DNA of 59,040 bases, filler included, from Sphacelaria rigidula (lineage: Eukaryota): the NCBI GenBank assembly GCA_964200075.2. It is 4 parts of 4 records of this genome, joined end to end, with 100 filler letters (N's around TTAATTAATTAA, not from the genome) between each part and the next. Parts side by side here need not be neighbours in the genome. Positions count along the whole stretch, not along the records: positions 1 to 14,690 come from CAXNAA020002096.1; positions 14,791 to 29,477 come from CAXNAA020002097.1; 2 more parts are not named here. One strand, given 5' to 3'. Under the pieces are notes generated by a model that worked only from the letters and a program-made list of their open reading frames with translations, was not told the DNA's origin and made no database searches. The translations under genes were made by a program, and so were the position numbers. Positions 11,701 through 24,834 of this stretch are shown piece by piece (positions within the stretch are counted from its first letter, which is position 1; each line of letters starts with the position of its first letter).

Positions 11701-14690
11701 CAAGGCGATCTCGACACAGCCATTCTACGCAACGCGGACACCGCTTGGGATGCAGAAGACTCATGATGCCGCATCCGAGTCTGTTTCCACATTCACCTTG
11801 CGTAGTGTACTATGTTCGGGTCGCTTGTCTTGCGCCGTAGCGTCGTTGGAAAACCATGTGTTTTCCATCCCCCCGCCCCTTCCATTTTTTTCGTACTGAT
11901 TAGCCCCGTACTTGTAGTGGTTGTATGTTGTTTTTCGTACATATATATATATTCTTGTGTTTGTTTTGTTTTGGCTTTGGACCCTGACTTTGTGTTTGGT
12001 TTTTTTGCGTTGCGTCATTTTCTTTTGATTTGTTCTTCTCTTTTTGTTTTTCTTCCTTTTTCTCTTCTTCTCTTTTCGCCTCGTGTTTACTATTTTTTTG
12101 TGTTCGATATGAAAGCTTCTTGGTTATTCCTGGGTTCATCGGCAAAGTACAAGTGACGACCGTTCAATTCCTGACCCCAAGTCCGGAACCTTGAACCTCC
12201 GTCCTCCGCGCCGTACATTCACGACCATTCCGTATACTGGAACAGTTGCCATGAGTTATGTATCTCTTTATTTTTCTCCGTTGTACGCACCTTTTGTCTT
12301 CCTTTGTTTATTATATGGTTATTTTTTGTTTTGTTTGTTTTTGGTGAAGAGTTCCGGAGCGAGCGTAAGACATACCTGACCCCCACGTCTGGAATATTTG
12401 CGCTCTTATTCCATCGCTCCGTACGCGAATATCGCTTCCCTCTTCGGGATCGGTCGTGACGTGTCTCCTTTTGTGTGCGTTCCACGTTGGGTTTCATATT
12501 AACATGGACAATAGTAACCGAAGCCGAGTGCGTGAAATGTTTTGACCTTCTTGGCTGAAACTTTTGACCCTACTTGCTTCGTGCACACGACAACCGCTTC
12601 CGTTTACAAGGACGGTCGCCACGTGTTATTTTTCTGCATCAGTGATGATATTTCGTTTTCGCTGTTGCCCAGCGTGCCCCTGGCTTTGCATTTATTTTGG
12701 TTTTGGTTTCTGCGTCTATGTCGGGAAATTCGCCATGAGTGTTCCAACGTTCCTGATCGTCGAGTCTAGAACACTTGGCCTACCTTTTTTTGCGAGTCCT
12801 GCACACGTGTGGCCGACCTCGTTTATAGGAGGGTCACGTGTAATGCGACGCAACGGATGATTTATACTTTGGTGGTTGGTAAGTTACAACGAGATCATCA
12901 CTAGCCGCGTCGTACGTAGCGGTGTTGAGGAATTGTTATTGAAGTCGCGGAATAATTGGTTGCAAACGTCTCCTCGTACAGGACCATTACGTATCATGAT
13001 ACGGTAGGTTGCTCTTCCGGAACTGTCTGTTCCGCCATGTCGATATTCGACCATTGGTACAGCCTACAGGCTGAGTCCGCCAATCGCTATTGTTTCCATC
13101 ACTTTTACCAGTTTTTTGCGTATGATTACCCGCCCATGAAATCGGTCGGTGGTGTTTTGTTTTTATCAAGGATTATTGGACGAAGTAATGTGACGGTATC
13201 ACCGGCTGTGGTTTTTACTCCCTTTTGTATTCGAGCCAATCCCGTTTTAGTCCAAACGGGCAAATACTGTGAGGGGTGGACTACGTTGATCCTCTTTGTC
13301 CCGTGTATTTGTCGCGGTTCAAAAATGTGTTGGGCGATCCGCCTCGGAACTACGTAGTAGGCCCGAAGGTTGTGTATTGACTCAAAATACGTATATTTTG
13401 ACGTGTACGGACACCCGACCTCACAAACCGGCCGGTTGTTTTCGTATCGTCGTGTAAGAAGAAAAACAAAGTGCCGTACGACTGGATCAACACCCAGACG
13501 TCTCTAGCAAGTCGTTACTCTCTCAAACATGCACCGACAATTAACTCACGTCAAACGGGTTGATTTGTCCGTATCATGCTTATTTCGGTTATTTTCAACA
13601 TATGGTTTTCTCGGAAAACTACCTTTTTCGCGACGAAATCTGCTGTACGTGGTTGGCTTTTGCTGATTGACTGAGACGAAAGATTAGCATGAACTTGGTT
13701 ATCGGAGTGATATAATGCCTTGGCGGGCTTGCTTGTTTTTGTTTTCACCAATGAACTGGAACAAATCGGACATCCAGAAAAAAGTGACCTATTATATTCA
13801 TGGTGAAGGTATTGCAGGGTATGATGATCGTTTCGATGATGGGTCTCTGATTTCCTATGGCTACCCCGGAAATGCTCACGGCGTTCTGAAGACACTGCAA
13901 TTTGTTATATACTTTTGATGTTTTTTGGATTCCCCATGACTCTGTCTAAAATGCTTACGGAACATGAGAACACTGAATTTTGTATCGGTTCAATTTTTTT
14001 TCCATGTTTTTTTGTGTTGGTCGTACCTTATGGTTCCCCGTACCGAAGAATACTCGATCTTTGAAATTAGCCAAGTTTCTGTGGTGTGGGAATGGTGTGA
14101 CTCGATGCAAGTTCATCCCTTCTAAGAAGGAACTGCGCTTGAACGATCCAGGGTGGGCTATTGTGATGGTATATGATCGCGTGCGAGAATTAAACTAGTA
14201 CAGTAGGATACGGGTATAAAGAGATCCTAGTCGAATGTGTGCTGCTCGTTCGGAGGATTCTATAGACTGGTCTACGCATCCTCTGCCGTGCAATCACGCA
14301 CGTTAGTACGGACGCTTTGATTGGCCACAGCGTGGCGCGTCAGGCTGATTTTGTAATATGACAGAGTTGTACGCGAGGCAGGATAAAGGTTGAGTAGCGA
14401 TCGAGCATCTCGGCCGCCTCCAGCCTCGCTTGAGTCCCAGGTCTGCAGCCCACACCTTTTTGGATACAGGGTTACCGTAGAAAGCTGATCAAATGAGTCA
14501 CGGATCCCCTTCCTTCTTATCTCTTCAGTTCTACCGGTCTTCAAGTCCTAGCTCGGACCACGTAAGTTGTGCCAGTTGTGTGTACTTGCTATTTTCATAA
14601 CCTTCGCTGTTACCTACAAGGGTGGCTGTAGTTTCCCCCCAGCAGAACCAGCCTGGTCCGGCGAGAACCCGGCGTGCTCCGTCCCGAGAT

Positions 14691-14790
14691 NNNNNNNNNN
14701 NNNNNNNNNNNNNNNNNNNNNNNNNNNNNNNNNNTTAATTAATTAANNNNNNNNNNNNNNNNNNNNNNNNNNNNNNNNNNNNNNNNNNNN
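14691..14790. other. Artificial contig spacer
   Basis: 44 N + TTAATTAATTAA (stops in all six frames, 14735-14746) + 44 N. Confidence 0.97.
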
Positions 14791-14944
14791 ATGTAAAAGC
14801 TCCAAAAATACATTTTTCCGGGTTTTTATTTTTGTCTATTATAGGAAGCGGCCTGAGGCCTTTGGATATATGCGTGTGGTAATCCTATCTCTTGTTGCGA
14901 CGGGCGTTCTGCTCACCATACTCGTTGTGCGTCGGGGTATACTC

Positions 14945-15310
14945 CTTGTGCATGCGACATACATCATGGTGGTTCAAGTCTCGGGTTAGGTTACTCCTAC
15001 AGTACCGCACGGTGACGCCCCGCCTGTTTGCTGCTGGGTGCTCGGCCGAGTGGGGCGCCGGCGCCTTGCGGGCCGAGCCGTGCTATTACCGTTCTGCAGT
15101 TTTAGATCGGTGTTTTGTTCAACGCACCTCTTGTGCACTGAGGCATGCATCTCACGTATGCGACATACAGCCTGGCGATACAAGTCGCATATAAGGCTAC
15201 AAACGCAGTTCTGCACGGTGGCGTGCTGCCTGCTCCCGGGGTACACGGCCTTGCGGGGCGCCGGCGCCTCGAGGGCCGACCCGTGCTACTCCCATTCTGT
15301 AGTACAGCTA
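14945..15310. repeat. Degenerate tandem duplication, ~200-bp unit
   Basis: ATGCGACATACA...GGGGCGCCGGCGCCT...GGGCCGA-CCGTGCTA occurs twice (about 14950-15100 and 15158-15305). Confidence 0.6.
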
Positions 15311-15697
15311 TAGATTGTGTGCTGCCAATATATCTTGCTGGATGGCCATGCCTCTATATTTTCCACAGTGGGCCTGAACTATATGATTACTGTTGTGACA
15401 TGTGTCCCTCGATGGCCACACTCGACGATAGGAGCGTCGGCGCTTGCTCCAGCCGAGCCACCTCGCTAGGATATTGTCACCTTACAACCAGCACCATCTT
15501 CTGCATCCGAAACGCTGAATATTGTTTATTATTTTTCATTTGCATCACAATTTATGATCATGTTCTAATCGACACCAGCACTCTGTACACAGTATAATAA
15601 CTGCGTCAAAGGGGTAGAGGCGCCTCCCGGAGTAAGGGCATTTGATGCTGTTAGTTGGACCTGGACTGAAAGCCTGCGTGTGGTGACGGAAATACAG

Positions 15698-16388
15698 CGC
15701 ATGTCAATACCACGTAGAGGAGGATAACATGTACGAGTCTGATGTTGCGGCTTATACAGCCGCGCCGATTTCACCAGGTGAAGCAGCAAACGTTCCTACC
15801 AAACCTTCACAGACCACGACTAGCACGCTCCCGGAGATGAGCGAGAAAAGTATCCGTCACGGTAATTCTGCGGAGAGATTACAACGCTCCATGGCTTTCC
15901 TCATCGCCCCCAGAACATATCCTGTCTGCGATCACTTCACCAAGCTCCCGGGTGATGAATCATCAACCACCACTGCTGCTGCACAAAGCCAATCACAGGT
16001 GCAAAGCAGGACCTCAAAAGTACTACAAGATGATATGTCAAAATTCGGAAGAACTTCTGCTTGTGCTCACGATGGACACGACGTCAGGGGTGGAGTACCG
16101 TTGATCCGAAACGAGGGCGTTGCACGGTGGGGTACGGAGGATTTACTGCGGGGTGAAAGGGGATTAGCATTGCGATCCAGTGGTGGGTTTGTTACATCTG
16201 TAGCGGCTGCTTCTGAAAAGGGGGGATTGAAGGCAAGGCTCGCTCTTTCGGACGTGCTCGACGTTGTTGGAGGGAGCACCACGGGCGACGGGTCGCAGTA
16301 TGCTTGCCCCTACCTGCCCATGACTGCTGGAGTGTCGGAGCAGTCGCCGGTCCATGGGGGGCAGCAGGAATGGGGGGACGAATGCGAG
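15698..16388 (+). CDS. Candidate large exon of an uncharacterised protein (low complexity, S/T/G/A-rich)
   Basis: 227-aa open frame ending at GAG|GTCAGG. A phase-compatible 40-nt exon with a good polypyrimidine tract follows at 17051-17090 (HLDPTPVLRSPKQ). No domain recognised, and the 5' boundary is uncertain. Confidence 0.4.
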
Positions 16389-18298
16389 GTCAGGTGTATT
16401 TTGCTGTACTGAGGAGTAGTGTGTGGCTCTAAAGCTGCAGTACAGTGAATGTGTAGTGTCCTTGTACTGTTAGGATGCGAATCGGGGGGGTGTTAGCCTC
16501 CGAATTTCATCAGGCTATTCAACGAAATTTTACCCACCATAGGTAACTCATCCTCGTTGCCTTTCTTCCACGTGGATACACGTGATTACAGACTGCATCC
16601 TTAGAACGAGCAAATCGTGTGTTCAAGCGACGAAAATTGTTGAGGCACCACATACACGTCCACACCGCTTGTACGCATTCCTGGTCAGACCACATACAGT
16701 GACAAAATTTATGCGTGGCAAGGTTTCTCGACCAATCAGAGTCTTTAAATACACCAAAATGCGGCGGCCTTTCTTCAATCAGATGAGAGATATGAGTAGC
16801 AGATAAGTCAAAAAGCAGCTTTGATTGGTCCACACATTGCGCCGCTGCGACACAGACAGCTGCTACCGGCAATAAGCGAGGATACAGCAGCTCCGTGCTG
16901 GCTCAGTTTGTTTGTCCCAACCTGCACGCACCCGCCTGGCGTGTCTTCCCCCATCATAGCACGACTATAACTGAAGTACCAGAGAAGACTCAACAGACGG
17001 CTGTACAGCCGTCAGGTGACCAGTGTTTCAGCCTTTCTTTGTTTCGACAGCACCTTGATCCCACCCCAGTTCTGCGCAGCCCGAAACAGGGTATGCAGCA
17101 GGCACTCTCCAGTGCACATCGCACCGTGATCGTCGTAGAGTGTTTGAATGTCCAACATCACAGCGAGAACTACAGCATAGAAATGATGGGTTTGGGGAGC
17201 GCCTTATTCCTTTGACTCGAGACGAAACAGCCAACACACCATGAACGTGTGTAGAGAGCACTGCGTGCCGACAACGTTATTTTTCACAGAGACGAACGGA
17301 ATGACAATAAAAAGCAACTCAGGCATTCCCAGCGGAGATCAAACCGTCTCCACAAAGGCCTGAAGACGCCACAGCGCAGCGACACCTACCGCACACAAGA
17401 CAGAGCACGAGTGTGTTTGTGCTGCAGCACAGTGGTACAGGACATGTTCCATTCGATGGTTCTTTCCCTGATTTCGAGTGGGTCCTCAATTTTTGCCCAG
17501 TGGCGATTTTCAAACGCTCGTCCATAATCGCGCCTCGCGCAAACATATTTTATTTCACTTTGAGTTACCCCTATCTGTGGGAGGTGAGCCTTTTTTCTCA
17601 ACTCTTCTACTTGAAGCGTTCCTCGAAACTCTGCAAAAAAATGTTTTTTCCCGTCTGGTGTGCCGAGCATGGGGCGTTCCCGCCAAGCGAGTTTGACCAA
17701 ACATGCATTGTGATTCAAAGCACATAACGCAAAAAACAGCGCTCTAATCGTACTCGTGGCCGACGAGATCGTCTCTGATTTATCCAGTCAATCGATGGAC
17801 TCTCCCCAACAAGCCACCGTCCCCGACAAGAGCAAATGAAATAAAACCCCGCAGACGGGACAGAGGCGGGGCAAAATGGGAGAGAGAAGAGGTCTGAATC
17901 GGAGTAACTTTGTTTCTGTGAGAAAAAGTGTGTGTGTTGTTGTCCCGTTCATTCTGGACGCGGGTCTACACTTTTCGGTATACGTGGGCTCAGCAGCCGG
18001 GGTCACACAAGAGGAAGGCCAACGCAGGAGTTTTTTCTCTTCTGTTTCTTTTAGTTCTGCACCTTCCTCCTAAGGTGCTTGCCTTTTTTTTATTGCGAGA
18101 GGGATTCCGCAGTCCCTTTCGCTCGTCGACCATTAACCATTTTGGAACTCGCGACAAACAGTACAAACTCCCATATACGAGCTTTCGTCATCGGGAAAAC
18201 GTCACTTCGAGTTCGGTGCACGAATCTGTCACATCAGTATTCTTGAACTTGGAGTTGTGCACCGTTTTGGTGGGCTGCATCATCAACACTTGCAGAAC

Positions 18299-18535
18299 AA
18301 TATATATATATATATATATATATATCTTACCCAAGAAAACGTCAATTGTAAATCGTGGTTTTTTCCATTAACGGTTCCACAAGGGATGAGTCGAATTTTG
18401 TGTCCCCACGATATTGTCGTTGTCCACTGTTGGGCATTGTGTGAGGAAAAATCCCAGATCACTCCGAGATTCAAACCCATGACCCAACGGTCAGAAGTTT
18501 TCGAGGTCACCAACTGACCCACCGGGGCGACCGGC
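18299..18535 (-). mobile_element. tRNA-derived SINE-like element
   Basis: Minus-strand head with A-box-like TGGGTCAGTTGG and B-box-like GGTTTGAATCT, a ~130-bp body and a (TA)n tail at 18299-18325. Confidence 0.7.
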
Positions 18536-20553
18536 TGTATGCCAGGCTAAAACGCACTCCAACAAGTTAGTAACAGAGAAGCGTTGCTGCTTCTATACCC
18601 AGCCTCTCGAAGGACCCACGCTGGAGAGCGTGGTGTTGACTGGAACAGACAGCACCATGGTGACTGTCTTGCGCTCCTCTGTTCTTGGCTATGCAGAGTA
18701 GTCTACTTTTACCGCCACACGCGGCCTGATGTCTGTACATTCCTGCCCTGCTGCAAAGCTTCAGTGTCGTGTTCGCAATACTCCATTGGCATGACTTGAC
18801 TCGAAATATAAACAGGACCTAGATAACCCACCGTGGGGGCCCAAGGATTCACTTTCACAGCTGGGGGCAGGACGAGTTCACGCGCTCCAAAGCTTTATTG
18901 TAATTTGGTCCATGGTTCAAGCCATATATGATGAGAGCAATGGGAAGGAACGCAGGGAGGGAGAGAGAGAGAGAGAAGACAACATCATGCTGAACTGTAC
19001 TGTTCTGCATCGTGTACTGTATTGTCCCGTACTGTACGGTGCCTTGTTCAGCTTTGTCCATGTATATACAACCACCTTCAGGGCGAGTCATCTGTCGTGC
19101 ATTGACAAAATTTTGACATGACAGATGAAAGCAAGACCCAGATGACCCACCGTTATGGGTAGGAGTGGAGGCCGATTGTGGGTACAATATTTCGGGAAAA
19201 TAGATCGCGAACGCTACATGCGTGAGAATTGGACCGTAATGGGGTGAATCATATTAAAAAAAATATACGCGTCATGTAAAAACCATGACCTGGCTCATAT
19301 GAAATGTACTGTAAACATGGAATATTAATTTAAACCTGTGAGTGGTCGGTGTTGAAATTATACCTCCGGATAACTCGCTCCAGATCAGTGAGTGGAAACA
19401 CTTGGTGCACTACTTATAGTGTCCAGCTGCTGTACCACTCGGGAAACACGCCCCCGAGCTGCCACCCCACGTTAACCGCCATTGCGAAGATAACCAGACA
19501 AGAACACGAACAGCGGCAGCCGCCACACACGAACGCAGCTGCAGTGAAAGGGGTGCCTGACATGGTGCCAGAACGAGAAAGTACGGAAATTTGAGACCAT
19601 GAGCAGCAGCGTCGCGCATGTGAAAGCTACTGCGAACGATATCGATGATGTTGACGATGAAGAGATTCACGCTGTGCAGATTGGTTGCGTGCTACATGTC
19701 CTACACGTAGCTGTGACTGCGGGATTAGAGAGTGAATTTTTCATGGGCCCCATGTAGTCAGGAGCACGGCATGAGTGGGAGGAATCCCATCTTGTCGGTG
19801 GCTTCGGCACGGTTTGGCACACTCTGTGCAGATCAACACCTTCAACGTCAGTTTTCCCCTAATTTCAAAGTCTCGTAAGGGACGAAGTTGGACAAACGTG
19901 ACGAAAACAAATTGTGAAACCGGCAGAGACGAGAGGGATGGTGATATGGGAGGGGGCGAGGTGAATTGGTGAGTCACCGACTGTGCTCCTCCCCACCTGT
20001 ATAGTGTCCCGTTTGAACAGCAAGTTGGCTGAAGTCGCATAGCTTACATGTTCGTTGAAGTACCAGCTGGGCCAGGAGTATATCCCGCATTTGCATCTCC
20101 AACTATAGCTCATCAAGTTTACCGAATCACCTCGACTTCAGCATATCGCTGTGAACTGCAGACCAACCTGGGAATGCACGACACCGCCGCTGGTCGATTG
20201 GCGAAGTTTTGGCGATGATGATATTGTACTGCATTGAGTACCGGTAACGTCTTGTGTCATTGCGTGACAGCGTGTCTTGAGACGTTTTGTTTCACGAAAT
20301 GCGGTGGAATTACGGGAGGGAATTGCGCCGCACAGGCACTCGAAGACCCGACATGCGCAGGCAAAAGCACACTGGTACGAGTAGTGCTGCAAGATGGCAT
20401 CAAGGTCGTCAACAGCTCCATCACTGGAGACAACCTCCCTGCCGATGGTCATTTACCACCGTAAAGGGAGAAGTACTACATCAAACTGCGCTATACACCC
20501 CCCGATGCAAGGCGGATGCAAGGCGCTATGCCAGATTATGCGCAAAAACAAAA

Positions 20554-20627
20554 TGGTCATGTCGGGACTCGAACTCGTGGCCTCTGTCATAAGAGGGGGT
20601 TCTATCAGTTTGACCACCGGGTGCCAC
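20554..20627 (-). other. tRNA-like Pol III promoter remnant (SINE head), not a functional tRNA
   Basis: TGGTCAAACTGA A-box-like, CCTCT/AGAGG stem and GTTCGAGTC B-box. The acceptor stem does not pair. Confidence 0.55.
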
Positions 20628-20641
20628 ACGAAAAAGTGGAG

Positions 20642-20891
20642 GCGGTGGGTAATTCGAAGAGTTTGACACTAGAATTTTGATACAATATTTTTATGATCAC
20701 TACGCACAACATTTCTGGGGATGCATCCATTTTTTTTTTCTCGGAGTCACAGCATTTTTCTAGTTTTTGCAGAAACTTTAAACCGCTCTAACTTCCTTTT
20801 TTTTTAATGCACCCTCAATAATGTTGTGCGTAGTGATGACGAACGTGTTCTGTCGAAATTTCAGCGCCTAACTCTTCGAATTACCCACCGC
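20642..20891. mobile_element. Fold-back MITE-like element
   Basis: GCGGTGGGTAATTCGAAGAGTT...ATCACTACGCACAACATT is inverted as ATGTTGTGCGTAGTGAT...AACTCTTCGAATTACCCACCGC (~70-bp arms). Confidence 0.75.
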
Positions 20892-20904
20892 ATAGCCAAG
20901 ATGC

Positions 20905-21970
20905 ATTTAAAAATCGCTGTTGTCAGTTGGCCCAGCCTGTATTTACAGCCAGTCACGTGAAACATCGTTGCTCTACCGACCCGGTCATACATGGCCAGTG
21001 GGTCATCAAAAATAAAAATCGCTCTAGGCGCCTTGGGTTATGTCTCGAAGATATTTGCCACAAGACAGCCGCATTTCATCTGTAAACTCGTCTCCTACAA
21101 GTCAAGGGATGAAGGGGTATTCGCTCATGATACGTGAGGTTGTCCTTTGTGCACATCCCCACGGAACAGAGCAGCACATGGCGGACCGCCACCAAAGCGA
21201 ATGTCATGACATTGATTGCTGCCAAAAAATAACATTTGGTCAAAGATGCAAGTTGGCGCAAATCGCATGGTTTACATATGATTTGCAGTATGTACAGGCA
21301 GTCATGTGAAACATCGTGGCTGTGCCGACCTTGTCATACATAGTCAGTGCGTAGACTGGACTAAAAATCGCCCTTCGAGCCTTGGTTTCTCCCCTGGAAC
21401 CCTCAGACGAAACAGCCGAAGTTCATGTGTGACCCCGCCCTCTGCAACTCAATAAATGAAGTGTACTCGCTGTTGAAAGACCAATTTGCCCTTAATGCAC
21501 AGCCGTACAGAACAAAGCAGCACCTGGTGGCACGCCACAAAGTGAAATGCCGTCACACATTGCTCGTCGCAAAAAAAACACTCACCCCAAACGGAGCTTG
21601 TCGAGCGTCGCATAGTTTGCATCTCATTATTTTATTAGTATTTTCAGACATTTACTTGATACAATACCACAGTCACGAGCAGATGTTAGGCAGTTCACGT
21701 ACTAAAATCGCTCTAGACGAGACGCCTTGGCTTCTGCAGTGGAGCCCTGACACGAAGCAGCCGTCAGCTTTGTTTGTCTTCTGTGAACTCTCCCTATGCA
21801 ATTCGACACGTTCAAGGATACTCGCTGTTGAGATGTGAAATCGCTTTTTGTGCACAGCCGCACAGGACAAAGCAGCAGCGCCTGGCTGCACACAACCAAA
21901 CTGCATGTCGTGACAACTTGCGTGCGACAAAAAAAATAAACATGCGCACCGATTTTTTGGAATTCGCCAT
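20905..21970. repeat. Degenerate tandem array, three units of ~345 bp
   Basis: Anchor AAAATCGC...GCCTTGG at about 21015, 21364 and 21704. GTCAYGTGAAACATCGT at 20952 and 21301. GCACAKCC...ACARAGCAGC occurs in all three units. Confidence 0.75.
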
Positions 21971-22480
21971 CTCCGACCTCGAATAGCGCTAATACTCAAC
22001 CCAAAAGTGCCGATCGCGCAACGCTTAAAACTCGGCAACGAAGCAGGGGATTGGACTGCGGTTTCTTGCCCGTGCTTTCCACACACCCAAGCTAGGTCAC
22101 TCGGTCACATTTTTTCGTTTGAGCGTGGTACTGGGCCGCACCAAACCCAAATGTACCAAAGTGAGGTGCTCTGCACTCTGGCGGGGGGCTTCCGGGCCGC
22201 TGACGCGACACCAGCAAAATATGAAACCAGTTTCCCTAGATTTTGTGTGTATGCAAGGGGCTGTCAAGTGCCGTGGGCTGGCTTGCTTCCTGTGTCGAGA
22301 ACCGCCCGATCTCCAGCGCTACAGCTATCACATAGTAAACCAAGTTTATAAGCGATGAAGCGCGCGTTCTGTTCGAGAGGACCTCGACACAGGTGCGACC
22401 ACCTACTGCGTGTTAATTATTCCTTGGCGTTTCTGATTATTTTGAGTTTGCGGCTGGTTTTTGGTCGTTAGGCCCTGTCT

Positions 22481-22652
22481 TGAGACATAAGTTTTCGATC
22501 GAAATTGTGCGGTGTGGAAAACGAAAGTCCCGATCTGATAGGTGGTGATTTAGATCATCTCCACAATTTTTGATGATGGTTGAAATTACGGCTATCATAT
22601 CAGGATTTTTGTTTTCCACCGCACAATTTCGATCGAGAACTAATGTGCTAAG
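22481..22652. mobile_element. Palindromic fold-back MITE-like repeat, copy 1
   Basis: TCGATCGAAATTGTGCGG...GGAAAAC / GTTTTCCACCGCACAATTTCGATCGA arms. A homologous copy lies at 36505-36650. Confidence 0.75.
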
Positions 22653-24834
22653 ACACCGACACCACCTTGGGCCGTGTCTGATCGAAAATATTTCGACTCA
22701 AAAACATGCGGTCGAACCGAATTGGTCGCTACGAAGCCGGATCAGATACGTCCTCGGCATTTATGCTCTCGGATGAGACCACGGCTGGAGCAGACCACGG
22801 CTGGACCCCTGGGGGGTCAGTCAAGGTGCGACAATCAATCAATCAATCAGATGGCTTCAAGCCCATTTTATAATTAGTTGCGCACGACGGGCAGGATCAA
22901 AAACAGAAAAATATAGCTTTTTCGAGCGAAACGAGCGGCGGAATGAACGAAGGAGCACGTAACTCCTGTGTTGCAGACAAGCGTGCCAGATACTACCCTT
23001 TTACAGAATTATCAAGACCCATATGGTTTATTCGCAGCTACCTACTCAACCCTCCGGCATAGATAAAGAACTGTGCGCAGGGATACATACACTGCGGTGA
23101 GAGGAAACCGACACCACCTCTATTTCGGCATGATGTGTTTCTTCTTGTTGGCGAAAACTTCGGCATTTATTTTTGTGACATGGTCCACCGACTGAGTCGC
23201 GTGTTCCGGTGGGCAATCGAATTGCCAATGCGCTCATGGACAGTAGAGGCGATGCAAAACTGCTCGTGGTTTAAATCTGCTTCACATCCTCCTGTACGTA
23301 GAGAGTCAGAAAGCTGTGCTGTCTGTATGTCGCGTTGCCCGCTTCTTTTCCACATCGCGCCTGCATGCTGTGCGAAACACACGCACTATCTACACAGTAC
23401 AGGTCACCACTGTTGTTGTACATTCTGTACTGCCTGTACTGTGCTGTCTATTGAATATGAGTGAAGAAGTACCGCTTCACGAATTTTGCCTAGCCTTTTC
23501 GATTCAAAGCGTGCAAATTCGCTCGGACGCAAACATTGAAAAGCAAACTGAATCACTCACGCCGCACAAACTTATTCGAGTCGAAGAAAATTTGATAAGA
23601 CACGGCCTCAGGCCCTCCATTCCCACCCATAACCGTGGGGGCTCACAGGTACAAGGCTTTTCAAAGGTTTCGTGTTCATTGGTGGTGCCTAGAAGAAGGG
23701 AAGGGAAACAGCGGAGGGGGAGATAAGGCAACACTGTATGTACTGTACTGTACCACACAACTTTTGTGCTGCATTGTACAACTGTTGTTGTACTCTCTGT
23801 TTTCATTCGGCTTCGTCTATACGAGCTGGGCCAGCGTAGAAACGGATTGAAGCTCTAAAAGCAATATCTCATCGACACAGACGAGTTGGGCCGGGATGCG
23901 CATATCGTATTAATCGTCTAACCAAGGCGAAGGTGCCCAGCTGCTCAAAGGTTTGTGCCCACATGTTCTCGTTGATTGAACCCCATGTCCAGTAATTCCT
24001 ATACCTAACGGAGATGGCGTCCATACTAAAATCTCCATGAAACCCCCGATCGATGCATTCAGCGGATGACGACGATTTTTGGTGGGGACATTCCCTGGAG
24101 CACGGGGAGACAATAGATACCCTCACCTTCACCTGATTCGTTAACTATCTCGACATATGGCGCACATAAGTTTTCATACTAAAATCGATATATCACGAAC
24201 AGAGGCACTAGATGCCCTAAATCTGGGTATCGCGTCTCAGTTTTTCAGAGTTGTTCTATGAAATTTCATATGGTGAACCGCTAGTGCATGATGAATAAAA
24301 TGAAACAACCTGTTACCTTTTTTCGTTTTTTTTCATTTTGTTTCAAGTTTTCGTATTTTTAGTGGCGTTTTGAGGAGGAACGAACATTTCTCTTGGGCCT
24401 TATCCCATTTTTTTAGCTCAATTTTTAGAATTGTGATTTGAAACTTTGCATGAAGAACCACAAAGGTGTGCCGAATATGAAGAAATGGGTCTTCAATTCT
24501 TTTTTCAAGAGGTTAGGGCGTCTCTTGAAGAAATGGTCTTTACCATACTAGAACGCCCTAAATCAGTGAAAACAATTATTGAAAAAAACCCGGCCCACTG
24601 AGTTTTGTTAATTATGCCCTAGAGAGCGCCCAATCAAAATATCAATACACGAAAACCCAACGTGGACCGGTGAGTGGCCTGCGAAATACTGTCCCGAACT
24701 TCTACCGACCCGGTTTTTCAAAGGCCCATGCTCCGGCCAATGTTTAGAGTTGGAGCGTAAAACTAGGTCTGGACAATGCATAGAGCACCAAAAAAACATT
24801 ACGTCGGTACCAAAAGCTTTTTTCAATGAGTTAA

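Larger units (their letters stand above)
4669..12838 (+). mobile_element. Degenerate Ty3/Gypsy LTR retrotransposon, internal region (chromovirus-like)
   Basis: Domain order gag-PR-RT-RNaseH-INT-chromodomain with many stops and frameshifts. A long T-rich 3' region follows, then a purine-rich ATAGGAGGG tract just before TGTAATG at 12839 (candidate PPT and 3' LTR start). No matching 5' LTR was found. Confidence 0.93.

Noticed and set aside
11770-12830. Hydrophobic or Lys-rich ORFs after the Gypsy pol as an env-like gene
   Set aside because: They arise from T-rich low-complexity 3' sequence and lack a coherent long frame.
14735-14746. TTAATTAATTAA inside N runs (also 29522 and 44304) as a biological motif
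   Set aside because: Identical, centred in exact 100-bp gaps and encoding stops in six frames, so it is an artificial linker.
20048-20460. Possible exons (GKST Walker-A-like on plus; SMC-like or Cys-TGA selenoprotein-like reading on minus)
   Set aside because: The motifs are too short, frames contain stops, there is no consistent splice chain and no SECIS was seen.
23038-23649. Exon-like segments at 23038-23096 and ~23494-23649
   Set aside because: Splice sites are plausible, but the phases do not join and no domain is recognisable.
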